Assembly (NCBI GenBank): GCA_963740315.1
Contig: CAVUDP010000002.1
Location: forward strand, 3,712,001-3,776,000
Length of the DNA: 64,000 nt
Origin: an uncultured cyanobacterium
GTDB lineage: Bacteria; Cyanobacteriota; Cyanobacteriia; Cyanobacteriales; Nostocaceae
Direction: 5' to 3'
Each line of letters opens with the position of its first letter. Within the stretch, counting starts at the first letter, position 1. The notes under the pieces were generated by a model that saw only the letters and a list, made by a program, of their open reading frames with translations, had not been told where the DNA came from and ran no database searches. Below, one piece after another: positions 10,777 through 20,754 of this stretch. Position numbers and translations under genes: made by a program.

Positions 10777-10992
10777 TTACTTAAAATTAATTCTATTTTT
10801 CTTAAAGCATATAGAAGCTAGTTCTACTCCTTCCCCTTCTCCTACCCATCTATTAGATTTTTTGTGACCGTAACTGGATATGATTCCCCAATTTGTGGTA
10901 TTTGCATAATACTTTAATGTTTTTATAGCATAATCAAGTGCTGATTTATTATTGTTAGAATCTTGCTCTATCATTTTATTTATCACCTCCAC
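10777..10992 (-). CDS. Small hypothetical protein
   Basis: Overlaps the FtsK 3' end; GGAGG precedes the MIEQD start. Confidence 0.5.
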   Translation of the reverse strand: MEVINKMIEQDSNNNKSALDYAIKTLKYYANTTNWGIISSYGHKKSNRWVGEGEGVELASICFKKNRINFK

Positions 10993-12973
10993 AATCTAAA
11001 AAGTTTTCTACAGCACTACGATATTTCTTATAATCTTTACCATCCTGCCGAGTAATATTAAATATTGCTTTGATAATTTCGTGAATAGCATAACCTTTAC
11101 TGTATAAATTTAATATTGAATTCTTTGACTGTTCATCAATATTTACTTCAACAGCAAAACCATTATTTAAAATTGCTTTACTACCGATTTCACTGTCAGA
11201 AAACTCTTCAATATAATTTGGCTCCCAAGCAGTAAAATTGTCTTCTTGATTGATTGCTTCTTCTAATAGCTGCTCAAAGTATTCAGGCTCCTCTGCATCG
11301 CCAACATAAAGAGCTTGAAGTCGAGTAATTTGAGTAGAAGTTTTATATAAAAAGTCTCCATAACCCAACAAGTTAGCAGCTAAGGTATTATCGTCACCCA
11401 AAATAATACAGCTATCTTCCGGACGAGTAGTAGCAAATGCAGTTTTAGCAGGAAAATTACTTCTAATTAAGGGATTAATAACGTTTTTATCTGGTCGTTG
11501 AGTGTAAAGCATTATATCAATCCCCGCACCCCCAGCTTTTGCTAAAAGTTTCATCATGTCCAATTCAATAGAATTGCAGTAATCTTTATCAGTTAGCAAA
11601 TCAAAACATTCGTCTGTAAAACTTGCTATCCGAGGCATAATCAATTCGGGGTAATGCTTGCGGTTAAATTCGGCTATCGTCTCACAACCGACTTTCTCAA
11701 ACTCCCGATACCGGGCTTCCATTTGCTGTACTAACAAACTAAATAATTCTGCACTCGAAGCTGCATCCTTTGCTACGGGTGCAATTAGATGGGGTAACTT
11801 AGAAAATTTGCTAAAAGTCACTCGTTTAACATCGGATAAAGCTAGCTTGACTACTGACGGGGGATAGCGACGTGCCAGATAAAGTATTGCTGCTTTCTCG
11901 AATTGCGATTTACCCCCACGAGTTCTTCCTCCACCAAGGATATGAGTCACGTTTTCATCTGAGAGGGGAATATCCACGTATTTCCCGTCAACACCCACAC
12001 CACCAGGGATGACAATATTATGTATATCTATAGGTGATGAGAAATCAGCGTAATCTTTGAAATAAACAATTTCTCTATCCTTACGAGGGACATCAATAGC
12101 AGCACCTCCAGGAACAACGGACACCATTGGTGAAGTGTCCATATTTAAAGTATCTCCAAGTTGCTGCACAAAGTCGTTACCAAAATCTTGGATTTTCTTA
12201 AATGAAACTCCTTTACCAAGTTTGATTTTGATGCGGTTAAATGTGGGACCGCATTGTGCGTCAATATATTCTGCTGCTATCTTAAATTCAGCTAGGGTAT
12301 CTATAATCAGCTTTCCGGACTCAGTTGTTGATATGCTTGTTTGTTCAATATCTGTTTTCGCTGATTCCAATGCGTTAATTGGCTCCACACCTTGAGCTTT
12401 AGATATCATTACAGCTGCGCGATCGCAATATTTTATAATCGTTTCATCAGTAGTTGAGCGGGCAATATCAATGAACCACTTAATCGGTTTGTTGTCACAA
12501 AATGCCCTGTAAAGATGTTGCAGTATTATCCGATATGCAACTTCTTTATAGGCAAAGTTTTTAATAGTCTCACACTTTTTAACTAATCCATCAATATCAA
12601 GTTCAATAAGTTCGCTATGTAGGTTATCTAGTTCCCATGCAGAAGGAATGCGATTGATATTGATATAACGCAGTGCGTATTTAACAAACTCGAATTGCTC
12701 CAAGTTGCAGCTATTTGATAATTGATTTAATATTGCTTCATCCTTCTTATTTTGATTTACTAAATAAAAGATATAGTTGAATAATTCCGACAAATGGGAA
12801 AAATAAGGCTCTCGTTGCTTAACATCAAAATCTAAATTATTAACAATAGCAATCGCATTGTCGTGTAAACTATCAGGTAAATTAGCAATAGTTGTTTCTA
12901 ATATTTCATCTTTACCCATTCCCCCATCACGAGCATGAACAATAGCTTTATATATAAAATTATCGAGTTCCAT
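10976..12973 (-). CDS. FtsK/SpoIIIE-family DNA translocase ATPase
   Basis: Walker A GGRTRGGKS, SDVK, Walker B FTDE, TQRP, NFPAK and LLGYGD motifs; no N-terminal TM segment; short helical C-terminal domain. Confidence 0.88.
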   Translation of the reverse strand: MELDNFIYKAIVHARDGGMGKDEILETTIANLPDSLHDNAIAIVNNLDFDVKQREPYFSHLSELFNYIFYLVNQNKKDEAILNQLSNSCNLEQFEFVKYALRYININRIPSAWELDNLHSELIELDIDGLVKKCETIKNFAYKEVAYRIILQHLYRAFCDNKPIKWFIDIARSTTDETIIKYCDRAAVMISKAQGVEPINALESAKTDIEQTSISTTESGKLIIDTLAEFKIAAEYIDAQCGPTFNRIKIKLGKGVSFKKIQDFGNDFVQQLGDTLNMDTSPMVSVVPGGAAIDVPRKDREIVYFKDYADFSSPIDIHNIVIPGGVGVDGKYVDIPLSDENVTHILGGGRTRGGKSQFEKAAILYLARRYPPSVVKLALSDVKRVTFSKFSKLPHLIAPVAKDAASSAELFSLLVQQMEARYREFEKVGCETIAEFNRKHYPELIMPRIASFTDECFDLLTDKDYCNSIELDMMKLLAKAGGAGIDIMLYTQRPDKNVINPLIRSNFPAKTAFATTRPEDSCIILGDDNTLAANLLGYGDFLYKTSTQITRLQALYVGDAEEPEYFEQLLEEAINQEDNFTAWEPNYIEEFSDSEIGSKAILNNGFAVEVNIDEQSKNSILNLYSKGYAIHEIIKAIFNITRQDGKDYKKYRSAVENFLDCGGDK

Positions 12974-12975
12974 TA

Positions 12976-13686
12976 CTAAATTACTCCCCGATGAGTTAAT
13001 ATTTCATTGATTGCCAATCGTCTGCGGTTTTGGTCAATATCAATACATCCATGCTTCCATTGCGTTGAATTTCGAGGATAAGCAGCAAGCCTTGACATGT
13101 AATATAGTTCTCTACTACAAATATTAAACAAGCCGGACGCACTTAAATTGAATGCATCAATTCGGGAGCGACGAATAGCATCATCAATAGATAATCCAAA
13201 AGATATATTATTTGCATAAATCTGAGGAAAACTATCGCTAACTCTAGGTGCAGCTTGATTCCATAAATCTACGGCATTAATATAAGCAGCAGGATGTTCA
13301 TTTATATCAATATTATACTTTTGAAATAATTTAGTTAATCGCGGCAAACGAGATTTTATTCGACGCAAACAGCCGCGATTTGCACCATTAATATCACCCG
13401 CTTTACTTTTACCGTAGTCGCTACAAAAACCTTGGTTTAATACTCGCTTACCTCCTATTTTTGATGGGTCAATGTGACCGTAATATAATGAGGTAAATTG
13501 ACCATTTTTGTCACAATTACCTTCAGCGCGGCAGATAGCAAGATTGCCGGGACTTTTAATATTAGCAAACAGTTTTTCAGCATTATTCCTATCTATGTAG
13601 CTGAAACCTTGATTGATTGATAATCCAAATAAAGGGGAGGATAGGATTAGTAAAGACAAGATTGTGAGGTGGTAGGGGCGAATCAT
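12976..13686 (-). CDS. Secreted putative lysozyme-like / muralytic protein
   Basis: Signal peptide; AICRAEG..YYGHIDP..NQG..DLWNQAAP pattern with an E-G that could be the catalytic Glu. Fold assignment is inference. Confidence 0.5.
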   Translation of the reverse strand: MIRPYHLTILSLLILSSPLFGLSINQGFSYIDRNNAEKLFANIKSPGNLAICRAEGNCDKNGQFTSLYYGHIDPSKIGGKRVLNQGFCSDYGKSKAGDINGANRGCLRRIKSRLPRLTKLFQKYNIDINEHPAAYINAVDLWNQAAPRVSDSFPQIYANNISFGLSIDDAIRRSRIDAFNLSASGLFNICSRELYYMSRLAAYPRNSTQWKHGCIDIDQNRRRLAINEILTHRGVI

Positions 13687-13689
13687 TTT

Positions 13690-14316
13690 TTATCTCCGGC
13701 GTTGCTGTAGATAGGGACGCGGGTTTACTGGCTTATTATTTAGCCTCACCTCAAAATGTAAATGCGGTCCGGTGGAAAATCCCGTACTTCCCACCTCCCC
13801 AATCATTTGTCCTGTTGCAACTCTTTCTCCTTTTGTTACAAAAAGTTTATTAGCATGACCGTAAAGGGTTGACTTTCGGGCACCGTGATTGACAACGACG
13901 GCTTTTCCATAACCGCCTTTGGAGCCAGCAAACTCAACTAAGCCTGCTTCAAAAGCATAAATTGGAGAACCTTTGGAAGCACCAAAATCAAGACCAGAAT
14001 GAAATTGACGTTTTCCAGTAAGGGGATGAATTCTCCAACCAAAACCACTGGTCATAGGTGAACCTTTTATTGTGGGAAAAGCTGTACTTTGTGATTTGGT
14101 CACGTTGTTCGTAGTTTTTGCGAGTCGTTGGAGTAATCGAATTGGGAGTTGGGACTCAACCCATCCAGAAAATTGAGGAAGTGCGATCGCCGTACATAGA
14201 ACCAACGTAGAAAAACCATATTTCCAATTAGGAGAAATTGGTTTTACTATTGATGCATCTCTTTTATTCGTTTCGGTAGTACTAAAATCAATTAGAAGTC
14301 GCATTGTGGCAGCCAA
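13690..14316 (-). CDS. M23 family metallopeptidase
   Basis: TSGFGWRIHP, HSGLDF (HxxxD), YGH and STGPHLHFE (HxH). Confidence 0.92.
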   Translation of the reverse strand: MAATMRLLIDFSTTETNKRDASIVKPISPNWKYGFSTLVLCTAIALPQFSGWVESQLPIRLLQRLAKTTNNVTKSQSTAFPTIKGSPMTSGFGWRIHPLTGKRQFHSGLDFGASKGSPIYAFEAGLVEFAGSKGGYGKAVVVNHGARKSTLYGHANKLFVTKGERVATGQMIGEVGSTGFSTGPHLHFEVRLNNKPVNPRPYLQQRRR

Positions 14317-14539
14317 ATCTAGCTCGAATAACTACTTCTAAGTCATTATCAGGCAGGGGGCAAGAAGAAGGTTGCGGAGGGGATACTGTTGGACTAGTTT
14401 CTTTATTATTTAGTCTTGGCAACCTGATATCGATATTGGTCAAGGTAATCTTAGGTTGCCAAAACTTTAAGTATCCAGGTTGGGCTATATCTGCTACGAA
14501 CAAACATAGCACCAACCAAAAGGTTATGCGGACAAACAT
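14288..14539 (-). CDS. Small secreted or membrane protein
   Basis: Hydrophobic N-terminus; ATG at 14539; overlaps the M23 start. Confidence 0.6.
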   Translation of the reverse strand: MFVRITFWLVLCLFVADIAQPGYLKFWQPKITLTNIDIRLPRLNNKETSPTVSPPQPSSCPLPDNDLEVVIRARFGCHNATSN

Positions 14540-14598
14540 CAATCCACCAAATCGACAACCGGAGTTAAATTAGGTACATTTTCCGGTGTTAGTTTAAT

Positions 14599-15036
14599 TT
14601 ATTTATTCTGTACGTAACCAGGACCAGAATAATTACCATTTAGCAAGAAATTAATTCCACCAATGCCCAACCACAACATCACAATGGCAATACCTACGGG
14701 GGATGAAATCGCATCTTTGAGCCAATAGAAGATATACCAAAAGTAACGTAAATTGTTGTGAGGATGGAATCTATGAGCTTTCCAATAATCTGTTACGGGG
14801 ACATAAATCTCTGGCACTCGATTAACCGCCGGTTTATTCTGAGAATTTACGTGATGTACGCTAATACCTTGTTCGCGGTGTATTGAAGTCGGCTCGACGT
14901 TAATAGTAGTTGGTTGTTGAGTCGGATATTGCTGTTGTTGAGCGTTATGTAACATTTGCGCTAATTGTTGTTGTGTCGCTAATTGACCGGGTTGAGAATA
15001 GTCAACACCAAAATCTCTACGTCTATTATTTGCCAT
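14599..15036 (-). CDS. Gln-rich membrane protein, possibly prematurely terminated
   Basis: GAGG SD and C-terminal TM; the frame stays open past the TAA to a TGA that overlaps the next ATG. Confidence 0.65.
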   Translation of the reverse strand: MANNRRRDFGVDYSQPGQLATQQQLAQMLHNAQQQQYPTQQPTTINVEPTSIHREQGISVHHVNSQNKPAVNRVPEIYVPVTDYWKAHRFHPHNNLRYFWYIFYWLKDAISSPVGIAIVMLWLGIGGINFLLNGNYSGPGYVQNK

Positions 15037-15047
15037 AATTTACCTCT

Positions 15048-15524
15048 TTAATCAGACCAAACATCGTCTTCTAAAGCATTTTTGAATTGTTCGGGGGTTA
15101 TCGGCACGCTACCATCGGCAGTAGGGCGACGAAACGGAACTAAGTTTTGAAATTCGGGTTTAACACCCTCAAATTGCTGTGATTGGATTGCACCTTCATC
15201 TAAAAATTGGGGCATTTGGGTATCGGTGTCGGGCATCGGTGGCACAACAGGTGCAGGAGCCTCAGTGGAATCAACACCGAGGTCGATATTGGAGTTATAT
15301 TCCCAAATAGCCCAGGCAATTAAACTGATACTTGCTGCAAAAAAGACTCCACCCGACAACCAATGCAAGCTAGTTCCCGGAGGTTTCATCTGAGCGACAG
15401 TAGGACGCGAAGAATTACCTAAAGTAGTCTTCACCGGAATCTGCCGCACCGCTCCCAATACGTTAAATAATGAGAGCAAAAAGCATACACCCGCGCCAAT
15501 AAATTTGACATACACATTAATCAA
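15048..15524 (-). CDS. Two-TM membrane protein with acidic Pro-rich tail
   Basis: Two hydrophobic helices; overlaps the upstream gene. Confidence 0.7.
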   Translation of the reverse strand: MINVYVKFIGAGVCFLLSLFNVLGAVRQIPVKTTLGNSSRPTVAQMKPPGTSLHWLSGGVFFAASISLIAWAIWEYNSNIDLGVDSTEAPAPVVPPMPDTDTQMPQFLDEGAIQSQQFEGVKPEFQNLVPFRRPTADGSVPITPEQFKNALEDDVWSD

Positions 15525-16353
15525 CTCCTTGTTTGGATTTTTTCAACTGCTCTAGTTTCAGCTTTCTCTTACGCAATGATTCAGCTATACTCTGACGTAT
15601 TATTGGTACTTCTGATAACTGCCGCACGGGGTCTTTATAGCCCTGAACCCGCAAATAGTTCGCTTGGGATAGAGCGTATGGCTCTTGTACCGTCTGGATT
15701 TGCGTTACCATTTGATTCAAATCCACTATCGGACGATTCTGTAAATTCTCGGCATAGTCAATAGCCTCTAACTTACCTAAAAGCAATACCGCAGCACCAC
15801 CCGTACTTAACTTTTGCTCAACTTTAGTACCATCTGTCTTGATATAGCTGTAGGTAAAACTATTGTTTCCGGCTGCTACTTCAATCAAAGCATCCATCGT
15901 ATCAAGTTTTGTGATCGCTAATGCTGCTATATGATGCAGCCTAAAGAAGGGTGAATTTTCATTACTCTGCTGGTTGTTAATATTTTGCAATATTTCTCCC
16001 GACCATTGTGCCGCAGCTAGTTGCCGCCAACCCGTTAGAGTAACACTTCCATCAACACTGAAGTTTTGTAACTCGTCGGGATTGAAGTCGGTGCGAGTCA
16101 ACTTCTCGATATAAATACGCCGTCGGGAATCTGTTATTTCTTTAGCGCGAGTAATAGCAGAAACAGTGGATGGTACTTCACCTCGTCTACCTATGATAAT
16201 TGCAGCGGCTGCCAACACCGAACCCAATCCAACCGTTGCACAACAAACCCACAACACTATGTCGATTTTTCGACTGCGCTTTTTGAGTTTGGGTATATCA
16301 TTCGCACTCGTATTACTCGAATTAAATTTATCCCTTTTAGGAAGTAACTGCAT
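15517..16353 (-). CDS. Single-TM hypothetical protein
   Basis: Basic N-terminus, TM helix and ~220-aa soluble domain. Confidence 0.7.
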   Translation of the reverse strand: MQLLPKRDKFNSSNTSANDIPKLKKRSRKIDIVLWVCCATVGLGSVLAAAAIIIGRRGEVPSTVSAITRAKEITDSRRRIYIEKLTRTDFNPDELQNFSVDGSVTLTGWRQLAAAQWSGEILQNINNQQSNENSPFFRLHHIAALAITKLDTMDALIEVAAGNNSFTYSYIKTDGTKVEQKLSTGGAAVLLLGKLEAIDYAENLQNRPIVDLNQMVTQIQTVQEPYALSQANYLRVQGYKDPVRQLSEVPIIRQSIAESLRKRKLKLEQLKKSKQGVD

Positions 16354-16358
16354 GGCTA

Positions 16359-16586
16359 TTAACTGTTATCAACTATCACGTACAAAGGTTCCCTTGAATA
16401 ACTTACAAAAGTCGAACGCAGTATACACACCCATGCGCCGCCAAAAACCGCGCCCATGAGCAATAGCAAAGGATTAATTGCAAGGGCTGCACCGACTCCC
16501 ATTGCGTGACCGATAAATCCGCTAATACCGCATCCGGTCAATATTCCACCACCGATATTAATGAAAAAATCTTTAATCGCTCTCAT
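16359..16586 (-). CDS. Small Gly-rich two-TM membrane protein
   Basis: GGGILTGCGISGFIG and MGAVFGGAW glycine-zipper-like helices. Confidence 0.65.
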   Translation of the reverse strand: MRAIKDFFINIGGGILTGCGISGFIGHAMGVGAALAINPLLLLMGAVFGGAWVCILRSTFVSYSREPLYVIVDNS

Positions 16587-16923
16587 GAATACTAAACTCC
16601 CTGGTTATCTTCAAAATCAAAGTAAGTGCAACAGAAATTCCAACTAAGCCACCAAATAAAGAACCGTAAATTACCTTTGGTATGTTCGTCTGCTGTGGAG
16701 GAGATAAGACCAATCCCGTTACCATCCCGGAAAAGCTACCCAAAAATACAATTCCCATACCCTGCATCGCTACAATCCTAAGTTGTCGGGATTGCTCGCC
16801 AAGGTAAGATTCTATTGACGGCATCATCAAGGTTATGACTTCTCGGGCAAGGATTTTGTCTTCGACACTGATTTCAATTGTTGAGGCTGCATTTCCAACG
16901 ACGGATGCGGCTCCTCTCCCCAA
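16573..16923 (-). CDS. Small two-TM membrane protein (start uncertain)
   Basis: Two Gly-rich TM helices; same frame as the upstream ORF, separated by one TAA. Confidence 0.6.
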   Translation of the reverse strand: MGRGAASVVGNAASTIEISVEDKILAREVITLMMPSIESYLGEQSRQLRIVAMQGMGIVFLGSFSGMVTGLVLSPPQQTNIPKVIYGSLFGGLVGISVALTLILKITREFSIHESD

Positions 16924-16935
16924 TTGACAATGCCC

Positions 16936-17424
16936 TTAAAAATCATCGTCGATACGCTTGTAAACTCGACCTTGTACTTCTTCTAATTCTGTTGTTGGTT
17001 CTTGGACACCGTTAAATAACATATCTTCTAACATCAAAGTAGAAGTTTCGAGAACTACTTTATGTCGTAATGTTGCCAGTTGCTTTCCTCTTTTAACATC
17101 CGAATGCAACACTTTAACGAAGCTATTAGATTCAGATTCTTCGGGGTTTACGCCAAATCTTTGTTGGATATATTGGTTTTCATCAAATGTATGTTCGCTA
17201 TTAGAATTGGAGCGTTCTGAGCGCATTTCCAGTAAATGGTTAGCAGCTTCTTCTAGGGACATATTTTCAGCAGCAGCTACTTCTTTTAATTGAACTAATT
17301 GTCGCTCTACTTCCGGCTTGATAGTACTATCTTTATTTACAACTAAGCTTAGTTTTTTACATACCTTAATTACTATTTCAGGTGTAGTTTGTAAAGTTTG
17401 GGCTATTTTGTTGATGTGTTTCAT
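16936..17424 (-). CDS. Hypothetical protein with possible N-terminal HTH
   Basis: INKIAQTLQTTPEIVIKVCKKL helix-turn-helix-like segment; ATG at 17424. Confidence 0.6.
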   Translation of the reverse strand: MKHINKIAQTLQTTPEIVIKVCKKLSLVVNKDSTIKPEVERQLVQLKEVAAAENMSLEEAANHLLEMRSERSNSNSEHTFDENQYIQQRFGVNPEESESNSFVKVLHSDVKRGKQLATLRHKVVLETSTLMLEDMLFNGVQEPTTELEEVQGRVYKRIDDDF

Positions 17425-17779
17425 ATCTCTCAATTCTCCTAATAACAGATTTAACAATTGGGTCTTGTTTTTCGTCTTCAGAAATATATTTCGTCAAAAA
17501 ATCGTACAGGCTAAGTCCGTTAGTTTGTCGCATAAATTCATCTAAACCACCAGAAGGAATTACCCTTTCTAAGTATTCGTATCGGGTTAGTCGCCTTATC
17601 CTAGTGGCAACGTAAAAAAAATCGGCAGTTTGAACCGCGTCTAAGTCAAAGTATCCTCCTCGCTTCTTAGGTTTGACTATCCCGGCATAGGGATACCACT
17701 GTTGCAAAGCCGAAATAGTTATTCCATATCTTTGAGCAAGACTTTTTTGGGTATATATAATATTGTCATCACATACCAT
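17378..17779 (-). CDS. MerR/Xis-like HTH protein (candidate excisionase or regulator)
   Basis: YTQKSLAQRYGITISALQQWY..G...P....GYF winged-HTH pattern; first gene of the operon. Confidence 0.55.
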   Translation of the reverse strand: MVCDDNIIYTQKSLAQRYGITISALQQWYPYAGIVKPKKRGGYFDLDAVQTADFFYVATRIRRLTRYEYLERVIPSGGLDEFMRQTNGLSLYDFLTKYISEDEKQDPIVKSVIRRIERYETHQQNSPNFTNYT

Positions 17780-18383
17780 CGTGGAGTTTAATTACTACTT
17801 GAAACAAGGAAAGATTCAGTGATTATTTGACGATAGTGCTTGTAGAGTATATTTTTCTTCACAAGCGTTATCGCTTCTATTCAACTTGAGATAAATTAAA
17901 GTTAAGCTTAAATCGCTGTTCTTTACACAATCTATATAGACATAGAATTAGAAGCGTTTCAAGTTCAACAGCCAGTAAATTCAAATTTTCTGAAAATCAG
18001 TAAATAGCAATATTTCCGCTTAATTTATAAAGTCAGTTTATGTATTGCTAACCTATTAATAGCCGATATAAAAAGGTTGTGCTTTAAAAATATCGTTACT
18101 ATTGAATTATCATGTTTCTCTTAAATGCAACTGTGAGACAAGTCTTCTTGGTTAAATTACCAAATTTTTCAGCACAATAATATAACCCACATTCACAGTG
18201 TAGTATAACAATAGATAATCGCTTGATTTTTATCAGGTGTTAAGTTCAAAATTATGCTTACATAATTTTAAATATCAGTTAAAAACAAGAGATAAAGTAT
18301 ATTCATTAACTTTAATTTAATTCTAAAGACAGTAATAACAATTTTGTGAAACTTAAAGCGCGGAATAAGGAATATAAATATAG

Positions 18384-19214
18384 TTAGCTAAAAGATTCAA
18401 CAACTTCCCAATTACCGGGTTTACTTACACAAATTCTAGCGGGAACGTCTAAATAATTATCAACAAAGAAATAGTGGGAATAATATCTTCTCAAATCACC
18501 ATTAGGTGCGCGAAGCAAGTAATCAAAATCAGAGATAAAGTAATCGCGACTTACTACATTAATAAGTTGTTGATAATAGTTGAAATTACCACTGTCAAAG
18601 CTATCGCGCCATAACATTAAAAAATTTAAACCAATCCAATCTCGTCCTCTCCATCCACAACCACGGTCGGGAGCTTGCAAATCGTTTACCATCAAGCAGG
18701 TATTGCTTGTCATATCAGTAGCGGTCACAATATAACCTCTACGGCGCATTTCAAGCATAAATTGTTGAATTACTTCGTAGCTAGCATTCTTTAAATAAGT
18801 CGAAGGTAATTCAAAACCGCTTATATCTATAGAAGAACTATTCTCTTGATTTGAATTGATAGCAGAATTTTTAAATTTGTTTTCTAGAACAGTTGAATTA
18901 TTGTCAATCATAACTGCTAACCTTTTTGAAGTAGATGCTAATAATGAAGAAATAGGAAAATATCTATTACCAGAACCATTCCAAAATATTTTCAGTTCCT
19001 TTATTCCCCAGTCACATAGTAGAGGAACTATATGAATATAATTATTTTTAAGAGAAACAGCTAATTCTTTGCTTGTAACCCACAAAATCGCATTATTGTC
19101 CTCGAAATATAATTTACTATTAGATGAATCTACAACGGGTAATTGCGCTCTAAGTAAATTAGCTGCGTGAGAATCAATTATTTTTAAAGCTTTAGTAACT
19201 ATTAAATGGCTCAT
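18384..19214 (-). CDS. Hypothetical protein, possible C-terminal PAS-like domain
   Basis: 276-aa ORF coupled (ATGA) to the upstream regulator gene; domain call is tentative. Confidence 0.6.
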   Translation of the reverse strand: MSHLIVTKALKIIDSHAANLLRAQLPVVDSSNSKLYFEDNNAILWVTSKELAVSLKNNYIHIVPLLCDWGIKELKIFWNGSGNRYFPISSLLASTSKRLAVMIDNNSTVLENKFKNSAINSNQENSSSIDISGFELPSTYLKNASYEVIQQFMLEMRRRGYIVTATDMTSNTCLMVNDLQAPDRGCGWRGRDWIGLNFLMLWRDSFDSGNFNYYQQLINVVSRDYFISDFDYLLRAPNGDLRRYYSHYFFVDNYLDVPARICVSKPGNWEVVESFS

Positions 19215-19804
19215 GGACGCATTTCCTCTCCTGAAGTATGACCGTTGCCAAAAAAGCTTTTTCTAATAGTAATCACTTCTTCTAGTGTATAAGTACTACC
19301 ATCATCCTTAGTTAAGAAGGTAGCGATAGAAATTAAATCTAAGTCAGATGGGTATTCGCCATTTAATAAAGCGTTTACTCTTTCAATAGGTAGCGCCACA
19401 TCGGAGGCGAAAGCTGCAACATCTTTGCTGTAACGTGAATCTACCTCTTTTTTTACAAGGTCCGCTATGGAATATTCCACGGAATGCTCTATTTCAATAT
19501 AATTGCCAACTAATAGTTTACTTGCAATGCTGATAAATTCGGCTAGGTGTTCTTTAGTAAACGTTTTGAGTGAATTTATAACGAATTGAGGAGTTATTCT
19601 CTTCTCACCTTCAACCTGCTCAACGTTAATAGAACCTCTACCATATAATTCGACAACTTCAGCTAAAGATAGACCTTCTTGCTCGGCACGTTTCCTCGCC
19701 AATCGCTTACCTGTAGGAGTAAGTCGCAAGGACAAATTCTCCGACTTGCTCTCAGTCCAAATTTCACCTACGCCTTTTACAGGCAGTTTTCCTTTTTTAC
19801 CCAT
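19211..19804 (-). CDS. Putative repressor (RHH-like N-terminus plus XRE-like HTH)
   Basis: LSLRLTPTG..AEQEGLSLAEVVE and VAAFASDVALPIERVNALLNGEYP. Confidence 0.6.
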   Translation of the reverse strand: MGKKGKLPVKGVGEIWTESKSENLSLRLTPTGKRLARKRAEQEGLSLAEVVELYGRGSINVEQVEGEKRITPQFVINSLKTFTKEHLAEFISIASKLLVGNYIEIEHSVEYSIADLVKKEVDSRYSKDVAAFASDVALPIERVNALLNGEYPSDLDLISIATFLTKDDGSTYTLEEVITIRKSFFGNGHTSGEEMRP

Positions 19805-20097
19805 ACCCCCAATTTAGCTTTAAATACTTTTGGTGCAGTAGCATCACTATATCTTTACAAAAATTAATTTGGTGAATTTAAGCGAATATGTCCGAAAACA
19901 TTGCAGTCGAAGAATTTGCAGTGCAATTGCATGAATTTGACTTGATGGCAAGTGCGAGATATTATATGAATAATTTCTGGATATTAGCTGCATGACACAA
20001 ATTAGAAAAAGATTGATATTAGACGATTGCACATGACTTACCAAATTTTAGTACTTTATGCATCCTATTTGTGCGAAATATTCGACTTGTAAGGAAA

Positions 20098-20676
20098 ATG
20101 AACAACTACGAAAGTATAAAACATTTACCATCTGAAATTCCTGCCCCAAGACAATTTTTAAGATATTGCTTCGGTTTTAATAAGCTTACTCCAGAAGAAA
20201 TTTTGGATGAGGAGATTAGTTTTGGATACTCCGTAAAATGCGTAAATCTACTTTCCAAAATATTAGGGATCCAGAAAAAAACGGTCAGAGGTTGGGGGGA
20301 TAATCCAAATTTTGAAGATATGCCCCAACACGCACGCACGACCTGTAGCTACGTCCAAGTAGCACTATCTTCAGAGATATTGAAAAGAATTGCTAGCTCC
20401 GAGTATGTAGCTCCAAGGGTAACAGCAAATCAATTCATCAATGAAATGTTGTTAAAGGGTTTATCACATAGTGAAAGATTGAAAATAGTTAGCTCCACGA
20501 AATTTCGGGGACAATATCTTACGCTGCTATCAGAGACTTTAACAATTTCCAAGCGCACGATATACGAATGGGGAGGAGACATCGAACTCCCGAAGATGCC
20601 TTTATACCATCAACATACTTTGGCATATGCGCTTGCAGCTTACCGCAAGAAACAGCAGCAGAATATCGCTGCTTAA
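20098..20676 (+). CDS. Tandem-repeat HTH-like protein, divergent from the repressor
   Basis: Two homologous units LLSKILGIQKKTVRGWG..MP and LLSETLTISKRTIYEWG..MP; AAGGA SD. Confidence 0.7.
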   Translation: MNNYESIKHLPSEIPAPRQFLRYCFGFNKLTPEEILDEEISFGYSVKCVNLLSKILGIQKKTVRGWGDNPNFEDMPQHARTTCSYVQVALSSEILKRIASSEYVAPRVTANQFINEMLLKGLSHSERLKIVSSTKFRGQYLTLLSETLTISKRTIYEWGGDIELPKMPLYHQHTLAYALAAYRKKQQQNIAA

Positions 20677-20754
20677 TATTTGATCTAGTCGGATGAATAA
20701 AAATTGGTCTTGAATGAAGACCAAAACAATATAAAAACGAATCGATATAATATC

